DNA of 64,000 nucleotides from an uncultured bacterium (GTDB lineage Bacteria; Oederibacteriota; JAAXVQ01; JAUVAV01): NCBI GenBank assembly GCA_963710755.1, contig CAVQBK010000005.1, positions 103,947 to 167,946 of the forward strand, read 5' to 3'. Shown piece by piece: positions 37,210 to 46,294 of this stretch (position 1 is its first letter; each line of letters starts with the position of its first letter). The notes under the pieces were generated by a model. It saw only the letters and a program-made list of their open reading frames with translations, ran no database searches and was not told where the DNA came from. The position numbers and the translations under genes were made by a program.

Positions 37210-37599
37210 ATGCACCCCGGCAACCATGCCCAACATCACCAGCCTTTTTCCCAGGCCAATGGTCGCAAACGTTTGCAGCATTTGATCGAGCATCTGCAAT
37301 CCTTATCCTTGCCGGTGGCCGATGAATTGCAGGCTTACGCTTTAACCATTTCCCAGGATCTCAGCAAGGCTTACGCGGAAAAACAATTGGGGCAAAAGAA
37401 ACGGCTTTATCAAGACGTGTTGTCCAAAGTAAGGGAAAGCCAGCATTTTCTGCTTCATCATTTCGACGAAGAAGTGATCAGTCCTTATCATTGTCAAATC
37501 ATCGCCGAAGACTTGAAAAGTCTGGCCGATGAGCTGGAAGCCCTGCTGACCCTATTGACCGACTGCAGCGCTTTGCTTAACCAAAAAGTAAAACCTTGA
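37210..37599 (+). CDS. Hypothetical helical protein, weakly similar to four-helix-bundle (23S-IVS-type) proteins
   Basis: GGAGG RBS; all-helical amphipathic sequence; loose similarity only. Confidence 0.5.
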   Translation: MHPGNHAQHHQPFSQANGRKRLQHLIEHLQSLSLPVADELQAYALTISQDLSKAYAEKQLGQKKRLYQDVLSKVRESQHFLLHHFDEEVISPYHCQIIAEDLKSLADELEALLTLLTDCSALLNQKVKP

Positions 37600-37683
37600 T
37601 CTTGCATCCACCTTGGCCCGCAGCTATAATAATAATCCAATGCCATCCTGCTCCTTAATGACGTTACCCAAGAGGGATTTCTC

Positions 37684-38622
37684 TTGAACAGAAAAACTGC
37701 ATTTCTCAAAAAGGCTAAGATAGGTCTGGCGCTGGGTGGAGGTGGGGCGCGGGGATTGGCTCACATCGGCGTCCTGGATGTGCTTGAAAAAAACGGCATT
37801 ATTCCCAGCGTGATTATTGGTACCTCCATGGGCTCCATCATCGGAGGACTCTATGCCTATCTGCAGGATGCCACTTTGCTGGCCACCAAGCTGCTGGCTC
37901 ATTTAAAAAGTGAAAAACTGGCTAGACTGGGCCTGGATCGCTTTGACCAGCAAACGATCGATAATAATTCCTTCCGCCGCAACTTCCAGGTTGCCGTCGG
38001 TCATTTGACCACCATGTTTATGCTAACCTCAGCGGCGACCAAGACTCATGTGATCGAGGAAGAAAAATTCCGCAACATCATTCAGCTGTTGCTTCCCGAC
38101 GTGGACATCCAACAATTGCCCATCACTTTCGGGGCCGTGGCTGCAGATCTCAAAAGCGGTAAACCCTACCTATTCAAAGACGGTTCCCTGCAGCAGGCCA
38201 CCCGCGCATCCGCTGCTATTCCCGGTATCTTTCCGCCGGTGTCCATTGACGACATGCTGCTCATCGACGGTGCCTGTCTGGCCCTGGTCCCGGTGGAACA
38301 ATTGTCGCAATACCAAGTGGATTTTATCATTGCCGTGGATGTATCCCCGCCGATTAGCAGCGACAAGACCTTCAAAAGCGGTATTGAAATTTGGTTGCGC
38401 GCTGATCAGATCACCTGCATGAGTCTGCGCAACTATGCGCTGGAACTGGCGGACATCCCCATAACCTTTGAAAATCTGGAATTCCCCTGGCAGGCCTTCA
38501 ATCAGGCCGAAGAAATCATTGAACAAGGACGCCAGGTGACCCTTGAAAAGCTGCCGCAGCTGATGGATCTTCTGCGTAATAAATTCCACAAGCCATGGTG
38601 GCGGCGATGGCTGGGAAGCTGA
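37684..38622 (+). CDS. Patatin-like phospholipase (RssA/NTE type)
   Basis: GGGGARG oxyanion loop, GTSMG nucleophile, DGA catalytic Asp. Confidence 0.92.
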   Translation: MNRKTAFLKKAKIGLALGGGGARGLAHIGVLDVLEKNGIIPSVIIGTSMGSIIGGLYAYLQDATLLATKLLAHLKSEKLARLGLDRFDQQTIDNNSFRRNFQVAVGHLTTMFMLTSAATKTHVIEEEKFRNIIQLLLPDVDIQQLPITFGAVAADLKSGKPYLFKDGSLQQATRASAAIPGIFPPVSIDDMLLIDGACLALVPVEQLSQYQVDFIIAVDVSPPISSDKTFKSGIEIWLRADQITCMSLRNYALELADIPITFENLEFPWQAFNQAEEIIEQGRQVTLEKLPQLMDLLRNKFHKPWWRRWLGS

Positions 38623-38633
38623 TTGCCTTTTGC

Positions 38634-38663
38634 TTGACAGGGCTAAGCAGACAATTTTATAGT
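38634..38663 (+). promoter_or_regulatory. Putative sigma70 promoter
   Basis: TTGACA-N18-TATAGT upstream of 38721. Confidence 0.55.
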
Positions 38664-38720
38664 GAACCCTATCCGGCAACCATGCTGTTGCCAACTAATC
38701 CATGTGTGTGAGGTGAATTA

Positions 38721-39296
38721 ATGAAACAGGTCAGGCTCCTTTTACCGGGTACCATTCTGCTGCTGCTTTTAGCCACTCCGGTTTTCGCCGGAACGTTCGG
38801 CACGGCCGGCCTGTTAAGACCTGGGCATTTGGCTTTGGGCGTGGAGCCGAGTTTTGCCTTTTCCCCTTCCACGTTTATGCTTTACCTTCATGGCGGTCTG
38901 GGTTTAACTCCCGGTGCTGATCTGGACGTGCAATTGGGCTTGGGGTCAGAGACTTACTTCGGAGCCGACGTGGAATTCGGTCTGATTCGCGACACCCGCA
39001 GAACCCCGGGGTTGTCCCTGTCCGTGGGCGCCCATGGCACGTCCAACTTGGGGCTGGACGGCACCCTGCTACTGTCAAACCGATTTTCCACCTTCAGTTT
39101 ATACGGCGCCTTGGATATGGACATGGAATTTGTCAACACCGGCACGGACAACAGCGAGGTGCTGGTGCCCCTTTATTTCAACTTGGGCGTGGCCATTCCC
39201 ATTGGGCGTCAGCTTGACTTCTTGCTCGAAGGGGATATTGGCCTGACCGATGTTGCCAACAGCGGTCTGTCGGGCGGGCTGATGTTTTATTTTTAA
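38721..39296 (+). CDS. Secreted protein, probable small outer-membrane beta-barrel
   Basis: Signal peptide ending VFA, alternating Gly/hydrophobic strands, C-terminal ...GLMFYF. Confidence 0.65.
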   Translation: MKQVRLLLPGTILLLLLATPVFAGTFGTAGLLRPGHLALGVEPSFAFSPSTFMLYLHGGLGLTPGADLDVQLGLGSETYFGADVEFGLIRDTRRTPGLSLSVGAHGTSNLGLDGTLLLSNRFSTFSLYGALDMDMEFVNTGTDNSEVLVPLYFNLGVAIPIGRQLDFLLEGDIGLTDVANSGLSGGLMFYF

Positions 39297-39537
39297 TATG
39301 CATTCGCCTCATCCCCAGGTTGAAACCCCGGGAAATTGAATTTGCACCGGCAAACTTTTTTTGAACTTTGGCCTCTTCAGTAGGATACAAGCATGCCCGT
39401 ACCCTGCTCCAAGATTGCGCAATTGAAACATCGCGCACCCTCTGCATGAGGGGCCCATGCCATTAGTTTTTCTTACTTCTCAGGAATCCTAGTTGGGCTA
39501 ATCCCTAAGTTTCATAAGATTCATGGACTACCCAGAA

Positions 39538-42500
39538 TCATGCCGACTGGCTGAAATCTAATCGCCGGCGCCAATGCGGCAAACGATGTCTCTCGTTCAG
39601 ATTAAAAATGCGTTGCTCCAACAGGCGGGCTGCAGCAATCAATGCTGTCAGCACGTCGGAAAGTGCGGCCGTCAAATGGTTGAGCACCGGCCCCAGCCAC
39701 TGGATTTCTTCGAATCCCAGCAGCCGCACCACCCATTGTTCAGCTGCTTCATGAAGTTCAAACCAGGCCCGGGTAAATTCATTTGCATATGGAATCAGGT
39801 CGGGATTCCAACCACTGTGGACATTGGCCGCCATGCCGCCCGTGGCCCGGATCCAGGCCCAGAGCGAAACCGCCCCGGGTCCCTGTTCCGCTTGATAGCG
39901 TTGGTAAATGCGGATGATCAGCCATAGCTGCGCGCCGTAAAGGATGCCGGCTGCGGCGAAAAGCTTCCATTCTCCGGCAAAAGCAGCCACACTACCCCAA
40001 ACTGCCAAGGACAGTGCCGCGCTGGCCATGGACATGGCGGCCAGGGAGCGGAAGCCATTGGCAAACATTTGAACCAGTGTCAGCGATTTTGGGGTGCGCT
40101 CGTCCGAGAATTGGGGCAGCGTCGAGAATGCCTGCAGCTTCCGTATCACGGACTCCACGGAACGTTCTTGGAGCATGGCACGGGCTTTTTCAAGCATGGC
40201 ATCAGAATAACCTTCAATTCGTTTTTGGCGGACCAAGTTGGCAATCTCGGTTTCCCGGAACAGGGCGCCAAGGCCTTGTTCTCGGACCTGCCGGGTTGGC
40301 ATGCTGCTCCAAACCGCAGTGGGAGAAAATTTTACTGAATTGTTGTAATCAGAATTCGCGCGTTTTTCCAAAAAGTTGATCAAAAAAGCCACCGCTGCCT
40401 CGGGACCGCCGCTTTGGGCCCGGATTTTTTGAAGAAACGGCGCTTCCCAGGCAGGACCATTGAGAAAAAACTGGGGTGCGAGAATCATCTCGTCGCCTGC
40501 GGTATAATGAACTAAATTATTCAGAATGGAAAAATTGTAAAGCCGGCGGCCATTTTCTTCGGCCACCTGATAATCAGCCATTGTGGCTTGAGCCTTCTGC
40601 AGCATCTCGGCTTTTGTAAACTTGTTCCCGGAATTTCCACCGCCCTTCCCATTTGCCCAATTCATCAAGCTCTTCAAGGCCGGGCTCACAAAGTGCCCAT
40701 AGTAGCGTCCTTCCAATTCCATCAGGTAGGTTTGATCCGGCATGACCACGACCATCTGGATTTTATCCGGTCCTGCGCTGGACGGCGCCCGTGCAACAAA
40801 TACCTGGGGATCAAAAGTACGCTGCTCTTGAAGCACTTCCAGAGTCTCAGTCACGCTTTGCCGCAATCCCGGGTTGCTCAGTGCCCATGACACCAAGCCG
40901 TCGTAGAGCGGATGGCCCTGGTTGTCCTTAAGCAGACGGTTATCCTCGTATTTTTTGAGTTCGGACATGATGAGGGCTTTCAGACGGGGATCCAGAATGC
41001 TAGGCCCGGTACTGGATACTTTGGAGGGCAAAGGGCTTTTCAGATCATCGCCGGCCACGGCATTCTTTCCAGGAACCTGCTTGGCCCGGTGCAGAAAATC
41101 GGAAGCCATTTTTTCCGTGATATCAATCCACTGGATCACGGCCGCGCGGGTTAAGTGCTGTTGACGGCGTTTTTGCTGAAGCGCATTCATCTCTTCTCGA
41201 GGAAATGCCCGGGTGGATTTGGCAAAGCCAGCGGAAATCGTAGGACTGGGCCACAGGGCTCCGACAGCCAGAGCTTCCAGGTCATCCGGCCTTAAGCGGG
41301 CAAATGCTTCCAGGCTCATGCGTTTGCGCACTTCGGGCATTAAATCCAAAGGCACCAAGTGGCCCAGACCGGCTTGCGCGATTCTTCTTTTCAAGGCCGC
41401 GAGTTGCGCTTCCGGAATATACTTCGCATCTCCCAGCCGCCATAATAATTGCGTGCCGTAAGTCGGATCAATGACAGTGCGCAGCATAAAAGGCCGTCCG
41501 GCGTTCATTTGCAAACAGATGGCTTCCAGCGCGGCGCGATTTTGGGGTGTGTCGGAAAACCCGTCAAGATCGAGAATTCGGTAGCCATTGCGGAATTGAT
41601 CGCGGACCGTCCGGCGCATGGTATCCGCAATCCTTCGCACTTGAACCGGCGTCAGGTTTCCATTCAGCAAAGTCGAGGCTTCATCCCCGCTGTCGAGAAT
41701 GCTGACCGCGCTTCTGGTCAGCCGGCGGATTTCAGGCTGGTTGAGACCTTCCACGCGAAACCGGTTGATGTCGGCCAGCACTAAATTGATCAACGGCTTG
41801 CGATAGATCTGGTTGAGCGCCTTAAGGTTATCCACATCGGACTTTACGATCCAAACGGCCTTCCGGTTTTCAAACCATTGCCGTTTGACGACCTCGCCTT
41901 CCGCCCGGTCCAGCATCCGGAGGGTTCGTTTAAAAGTTCGTTGCCACCATTCGCGAACCGGGTACCACCGGGAGGATCGTTCCGCCAGTATGGACCTTGC
42001 CTTGGTAATGGCTTCCCCACGCGCCATGCGGGTGGTGTCGATCAACACGGCATCAGCATAGGGTTTATCCGTGACGGTCCGGGCCGGACTCTCCTGCATC
42101 CCATTTCGCTTGATGGCGTCCACTACTTGCTCCAAATCCCTTTGGGTGGGGGGATGGGGCAAGTTTATTTTCAACACATGTTCTGTCCGCGCCTTCAGAT
42201 CGCCGGACACATAAAATTTGGCCCGCACACGGCGGCCAAGAAGGTTCCCCGTGTTTTGGCCCACCACCACCAGCGGCCCCCGGTCGGCCAATTGGAGTAG
42301 TCTCTGCTTAACCTGCTGTTCCATCTGCGGCATTCTGCCCAATTGCGAGGCTATGGCGTGCAATCGCTTCAAATCCAGTCCGCGAAAGGACGCCTGCACC
42401 TTGTCGGAAATATCCTTGCCGTCCATTAAAATTTTCTGCCGGCCGGTTTGGTAATCCACCGGGCCGAAGTGGAGGCTGGTTTTGCGCAGGGTTTCGAACA

Positions 42501-44517
42501 TTTGCCGTGAATTTACATCCAGATTTTTTCGTAAAACTTTCAAAGCCAGGGCGCGGTAAATAAGCGCCGCATCCACGAAGGCACAGCCATATTGCCGGGA
42601 TAGGGCCATGCCAATTTCCCGCTTGCCGGCCTGGTCTGATCCATCCAAAGTAATCAAAAGGTTTTGTGTTAAGAGTCGATAAATTTTCCCTGCGAAGTAG
42701 ACCAAACCAAGCACCAGTGAAAGCATCAAAAAGTTCTTGAGTAGAAAGACCGCACCGAGCCACGACACCGGCTGCGATCCCGGCATTGGATTGAGGAAAG
42801 GAATTTTGTGAAGTGTTCCCTCTTGGCTGATCGCATTTCGGCCCGCTGCGCGCGCCCAAGCCATGGCGGCTGGCGCGATCGTGGTACTTCGTCGCGCCAA
42901 TGACAGAGCTCCTTGCCAAACCCTGGCTCGGATTTCCGCAAACAGCCAGCCAGCCTTGGCCGGCAGATTCCGGACGAGGTATTTCGCCTGGTTGGCACGG
43001 GCCATCTCATTGGACATAAGGAAAGCTTCGAACTTTCCGCAGTGGATGGCGGCGTGCTTGGCCGACGCCGCCGAAGCAGGACGGATCAGTGCAGTGACGC
43101 CCAGATCGTGAAAGGGCAGCAGGAAAATGCCGTGGGCCTCGTTGGAGCGGGCCTGTTGCCAATCGATCTTAATTTTCGGATCATTTTCGGGATAGTTGGC
43201 AATGGTTTGAATCCAGGCTGCCTGCATCCGGGCCAGCGTCATACGGCCGGATGCATCCAGACTGGCGGGTAGCGTTTCTTTGAGAGAAATGTCCAACGCC
43301 TCGCGAAGGTCCTCCACCTGGTTTGAATCCGGCCGACTGTCGGAAGGGAAATTAATGGGTAGGGCCAGAAGCGTTTGGCGGTTGGTCAGCAGTTTTTCCA
43401 GGGCTGTTTTGCGCCCCATCATCAGTGAAAAATAGGGATTGTCGACCTGGGCGTGCGTCATATGCGGTTTCACCATCAGGCAGGAGGCTCCCCTTTGCCG
43501 CAATTGGGATATAATTTCCTTGCCGTGGTATCCGCCGGTGACCAATACAGCCAATCGCGTTTCCTTGCGCGCCATGCTTTGCAAAATATGGTGCACAAAA
43601 TTGCGGCTGCGCTGGTCCGCCAACCGGTAGAATTCCAAGGCAGCCGGAAGATAGGCGTCCAGCCGAAAACACTCATCCAGGAAAATGTCAGCCCCAGAGC
43701 TTCGGGTTCGCAGGAACGTCATAAAAGCTTTAACCTCGAATAAGTCCGGATGCCGTCGATATTCGGCCACTTCTCCTGGCAAGGCGGAAATGCACAGTAT
43801 ATGCTCCACAATGCTTAAGCGCCGCAGCCGCTCGTCAATCACCAGTTTCTCCGAACTGAAGCGGAGGTTCACGCGCAGGCTTTCCAGAGCTTGCCGGAGA
43901 TCCCATATCAACCCCAGACTCTCGTTATTCAAAAATCGCCGCACGCACTGCAAACTAGCTTGATAATCCGCGTCGGTTTCCATACCCACAAGCGCGATGG
44001 GCGGGTTGAGGACCGCCGCGTAATATTCAGGCCCCGTAATCCTGCCTTCCTGGAGAAAATACTGCCCCACCGCTTTTCTGACGGCCGGTACTGGAAACGT
44101 GGCCAACTTGGAAACATTGACGGCTCCTTGCGCGCCTTCCACCCCCACCAATCCCAGCCCATAGCGCCGCACCAGATAATCCATCAAGCCCGCAATGTTT
44201 TGCTGGACCTCTAAATTGCAGTGCAGGTCCTGAATGCATATAACTAAACGGTTATCGCCCTGCCAAAAGCTGCTGACGGAACCCAGGGCACGAGGAATGA
44301 TAACTGGCTGCTGGTTAAATACCAGGCTGCGGTTGACGGTAGCGTAATTGGCGGGATCCAAAGTCCAAGAGATAGGGGGAAAAATAAACAGAAATGCAAG
44401 CAGGAAGGTTAGCAGCTGGACCCAAACCCGGCTGCAGGGCTTATGAAGAGATCCGAACCACCCTCGGTAAGGTTGGCGCTTTTTTGCCGTATTGGTCCCA
44501 CGTTTAAGAGAAGACAT
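39538..44517 (-). CDS. Giant modular protein B (1659 aa): signal peptide, conserved IQDLHC N-terminal domain, TM, degenerate cytidylate-kinase domain, degenerate GGDEF-like domain(s), C-terminal TM module
   Basis: N-domain aligns with protein A. CMK-like: ITLDGSDQAGK...DAALIYRA...DAVLIDTT. GGDEF-like: SDVDNLKALNQIY...SGDEA...TISAGFA. Confidence 0.85.
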   Translation of the reverse strand: MSSLKRGTNTAKKRQPYRGWFGSLHKPCSRVWVQLLTFLLAFLFIFPPISWTLDPANYATVNRSLVFNQQPVIIPRALGSVSSFWQGDNRLVICIQDLHCNLEVQQNIAGLMDYLVRRYGLGLVGVEGAQGAVNVSKLATFPVPAVRKAVGQYFLQEGRITGPEYYAAVLNPPIALVGMETDADYQASLQCVRRFLNNESLGLIWDLRQALESLRVNLRFSSEKLVIDERLRRLSIVEHILCISALPGEVAEYRRHPDLFEVKAFMTFLRTRSSGADIFLDECFRLDAYLPAALEFYRLADQRSRNFVHHILQSMARKETRLAVLVTGGYHGKEIISQLRQRGASCLMVKPHMTHAQVDNPYFSLMMGRKTALEKLLTNRQTLLALPINFPSDSRPDSNQVEDLREALDISLKETLPASLDASGRMTLARMQAAWIQTIANYPENDPKIKIDWQQARSNEAHGIFLLPFHDLGVTALIRPASAASAKHAAIHCGKFEAFLMSNEMARANQAKYLVRNLPAKAGWLFAEIRARVWQGALSLARRSTTIAPAAMAWARAAGRNAISQEGTLHKIPFLNPMPGSQPVSWLGAVFLLKNFLMLSLVLGLVYFAGKIYRLLTQNLLITLDGSDQAGKREIGMALSRQYGCAFVDAALIYRALALKVLRKNLDVNSRQMFETLRKTSLHFGPVDYQTGRQKILMDGKDISDKVQASFRGLDLKRLHAIASQLGRMPQMEQQVKQRLLQLADRGPLVVVGQNTGNLLGRRVRAKFYVSGDLKARTEHVLKINLPHPPTQRDLEQVVDAIKRNGMQESPARTVTDKPYADAVLIDTTRMARGEAITKARSILAERSSRWYPVREWWQRTFKRTLRMLDRAEGEVVKRQWFENRKAVWIVKSDVDNLKALNQIYRKPLINLVLADINRFRVEGLNQPEIRRLTRSAVSILDSGDEASTLLNGNLTPVQVRRIADTMRRTVRDQFRNGYRILDLDGFSDTPQNRAALEAICLQMNAGRPFMLRTVIDPTYGTQLLWRLGDAKYIPEAQLAALKRRIAQAGLGHLVPLDLMPEVRKRMSLEAFARLRPDDLEALAVGALWPSPTISAGFAKSTRAFPREEMNALQQKRRQQHLTRAAVIQWIDITEKMASDFLHRAKQVPGKNAVAGDDLKSPLPSKVSSTGPSILDPRLKALIMSELKKYEDNRLLKDNQGHPLYDGLVSWALSNPGLRQSVTETLEVLQEQRTFDPQVFVARAPSSAGPDKIQMVVVMPDQTYLMELEGRYYGHFVSPALKSLMNWANGKGGGNSGNKFTKAEMLQKAQATMADYQVAEENGRRLYNFSILNNLVHYTAGDEMILAPQFFLNGPAWEAPFLQKIRAQSGGPEAAVAFLINFLEKRANSDYNNSVKFSPTAVWSSMPTRQVREQGLGALFRETEIANLVRQKRIEGYSDAMLEKARAMLQERSVESVIRKLQAFSTLPQFSDERTPKSLTLVQMFANGFRSLAAMSMASAALSLAVWGSVAAFAGEWKLFAAAGILYGAQLWLIIRIYQRYQAEQGPGAVSLWAWIRATGGMAANVHSGWNPDLIPYANEFTRAWFELHEAAEQWVVRLLGFEEIQWLGPVLNHLTAALSDVLTALIAAARLLEQRIFNLNERHRLPHWRRRLDFSQSA

Positions 44518-45070
44518 GGTTCACCTTTTACATTCGAAAAATAAAAAATGATAAAAATGCAAAGGTAAAAAACAACTCTAATTTCAGGCTGGCTCAGGCT
44601 GGCTTGTAAAATTGTTGCAACTAAACAAGAAAGACCGATGATATGGTTTGTGATTTTTTTATATAAATTATATCAACTAACTTATATTATCAAGAAAACA
44701 TGAGAAAAAATAGAATTAATCAAAATTTGTAGAACCCCATGCACCTCATCCCCCTTTGCCTCTAAGGTGCTTTGGATATGGAATTCATCGATGCGGCCCG
44801 GGGAGCAGCGAAGTACTGGAACCGCTTTATTTTGATTTGGGCATGATGATGCCCCTTGCTAATAGGATTTTCTGCTCAAAGGAGATATTGGATAAACGTC
44901 CTGCGCCAACAATGCCTGTCAAGAATACTCATGATCTATTTCTAATTCGCCTCAGCTTGGCTATTCACAAACTTTGACTTCATGGCAGAATGCAGGCAAC
45001 CTGGCCTGCGTATGCCGGGAGGCCTGTACCCTGCTTCATCTCTTCACTTTAGTATCCTCTCCTGATTTCT

Positions 45071-45343
45071 TTAGCGAACCTGGTTTCTCTTCAACCCCTG
45101 CACCGCGGCAATGGCGAGCAGGTTGATCAGGATAAAAAGATTGGCCGCAATGATGATCCCATCATGCAGATGAATGCCGTAGCCGGTCCAGAACAGGGCG
45201 CCCAGGGAAAATTGAAAGAGGGTCAGGTAACTGACACGGGCGTGACCGGGATTTTTCAAAAGCAGAAACAATTGAGGAACAAATGAGGTTGAGGTTAGCA
45301 GCGCCGCGCCCAGCCCGACAAACGACCAAAAGGATAGCACCAT
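45071..45343 (-). CDS. SemiSWEET / PQ-loop sugar transporter
   Basis: TSFVPQ, W..YG, IIIAAN; 3 TM helices in 90 aa. Confidence 0.85.
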   Translation of the reverse strand: MVLSFWSFVGLGAALLTSTSFVPQLFLLLKNPGHARVSYLTLFQFSLGALFWTGYGIHLHDGIIIAANLFILINLLAIAAVQGLKRNQVR

Positions 45344-45356
45344 GTTTTCTCCCGGT

Positions 45357-46187
45357 TCACTCCAACGTCGGCCCGAATTTTCGCAGCCAGCCTTTGGCTT
45401 TAATCACATTCTTATGTTTATCCTTCACAATTTTCCAAAACCCGCTGGAATGGTTGAATTCCTCCAAATGGGCCAGCTCGTGAATAATCAAATAATCAAT
45501 GACCACCTCAGGCATCATGGCCAATTTCCAATTAAAACAAAGGGTGCCATTTTGGGAACAGCTTCCCCAGCGTGACCTTTGGCCGCGCACCGTCACTTTA
45601 TAAGGCTTGGTGGTGATGCCCACGGCCAAGCGATCGATTCTTTCTTCAATGATGCGGTGCGCTTCTTGGCGGAACCATTGTTCCAGCAGATGGCGCAACT
45701 CGGTCTGAGCAGTGCTGTTGGTCTGGCAAATCAAGGCATCCTTAGTACGGCTTACGTCCGGCTGGCCGTCCTTGGCAGGCAGCACACACAGGGTAAGATG
45801 CTGTCCCAAATACGGAACAGGCGTGCCATTAGTCAGAATGCGCCGGCTGAACCCAACCGAGGTGGTTTGCAAACGCTGCATTTCCGATTCGATCCATACG
45901 GAATGATCCACAATGGTCTCGATCACCCGCTTACGTGCCACATGCGGCGGATAGGTTACTTTAACCACATAAGCCCTGCCCGGCTTGTATTCAGGAAACA
46001 ACATCTCCTGATTGATGTCATGTTCGGTTTTTTTTGCCTGAGGGCCATGATGAAAACGTTCGTCATCCGTGGGTTCCACCCGGATGTGAATGGATTTATT
46101 CCGTGTGTCCGGGATCAATTCACAGGTGTAAACACCGTTTTTATGCTCTAGTTTAAAGGTTTTATTTTTGTCGGTCATGTCGGCCAA
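45357..46187 (-). CDS. YgjP/DUF45-like zinc metalloprotein
   Basis: RSRWGSCS, DYLIIHELAHLEEFNHSSGFW. Confidence 0.88.
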   Translation of the reverse strand: MADMTDKNKTFKLEHKNGVYTCELIPDTRNKSIHIRVEPTDDERFHHGPQAKKTEHDINQEMLFPEYKPGRAYVVKVTYPPHVARKRVIETIVDHSVWIESEMQRLQTTSVGFSRRILTNGTPVPYLGQHLTLCVLPAKDGQPDVSRTKDALICQTNSTAQTELRHLLEQWFRQEAHRIIEERIDRLAVGITTKPYKVTVRGQRSRWGSCSQNGTLCFNWKLAMMPEVVIDYLIIHELAHLEEFNHSSGFWKIVKDKHKNVIKAKGWLRKFGPTLE

Positions 46188-46294
46188 TTAAGTAGATTTT
46201 GATTACCCAAGAATTTTAGGGTATTTTATCAAATTTTACAATGCTGCATATTACTTTTATTGGTCGCCACAGGTCATAAGCATGGCCATTGTGC

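Noticed and set aside
37210-37599. Diversity-generating retroelement (Avd-like gene)
   Set aside because: No reverse transcriptase and no TR/VR pair with adenine-specific mismatches; repeat differences at 54-64 kb are not A-specific
37684-39296. Split type Vd (PlpD-like) autotransporter from patatin + beta-barrel
   Set aside because: The patatin has no signal peptide, the barrel is too small and has its own promoter
44756-44977. 73-aa ORF upstream of giant B
   Set aside because: No RBS or motif; likely non-coding
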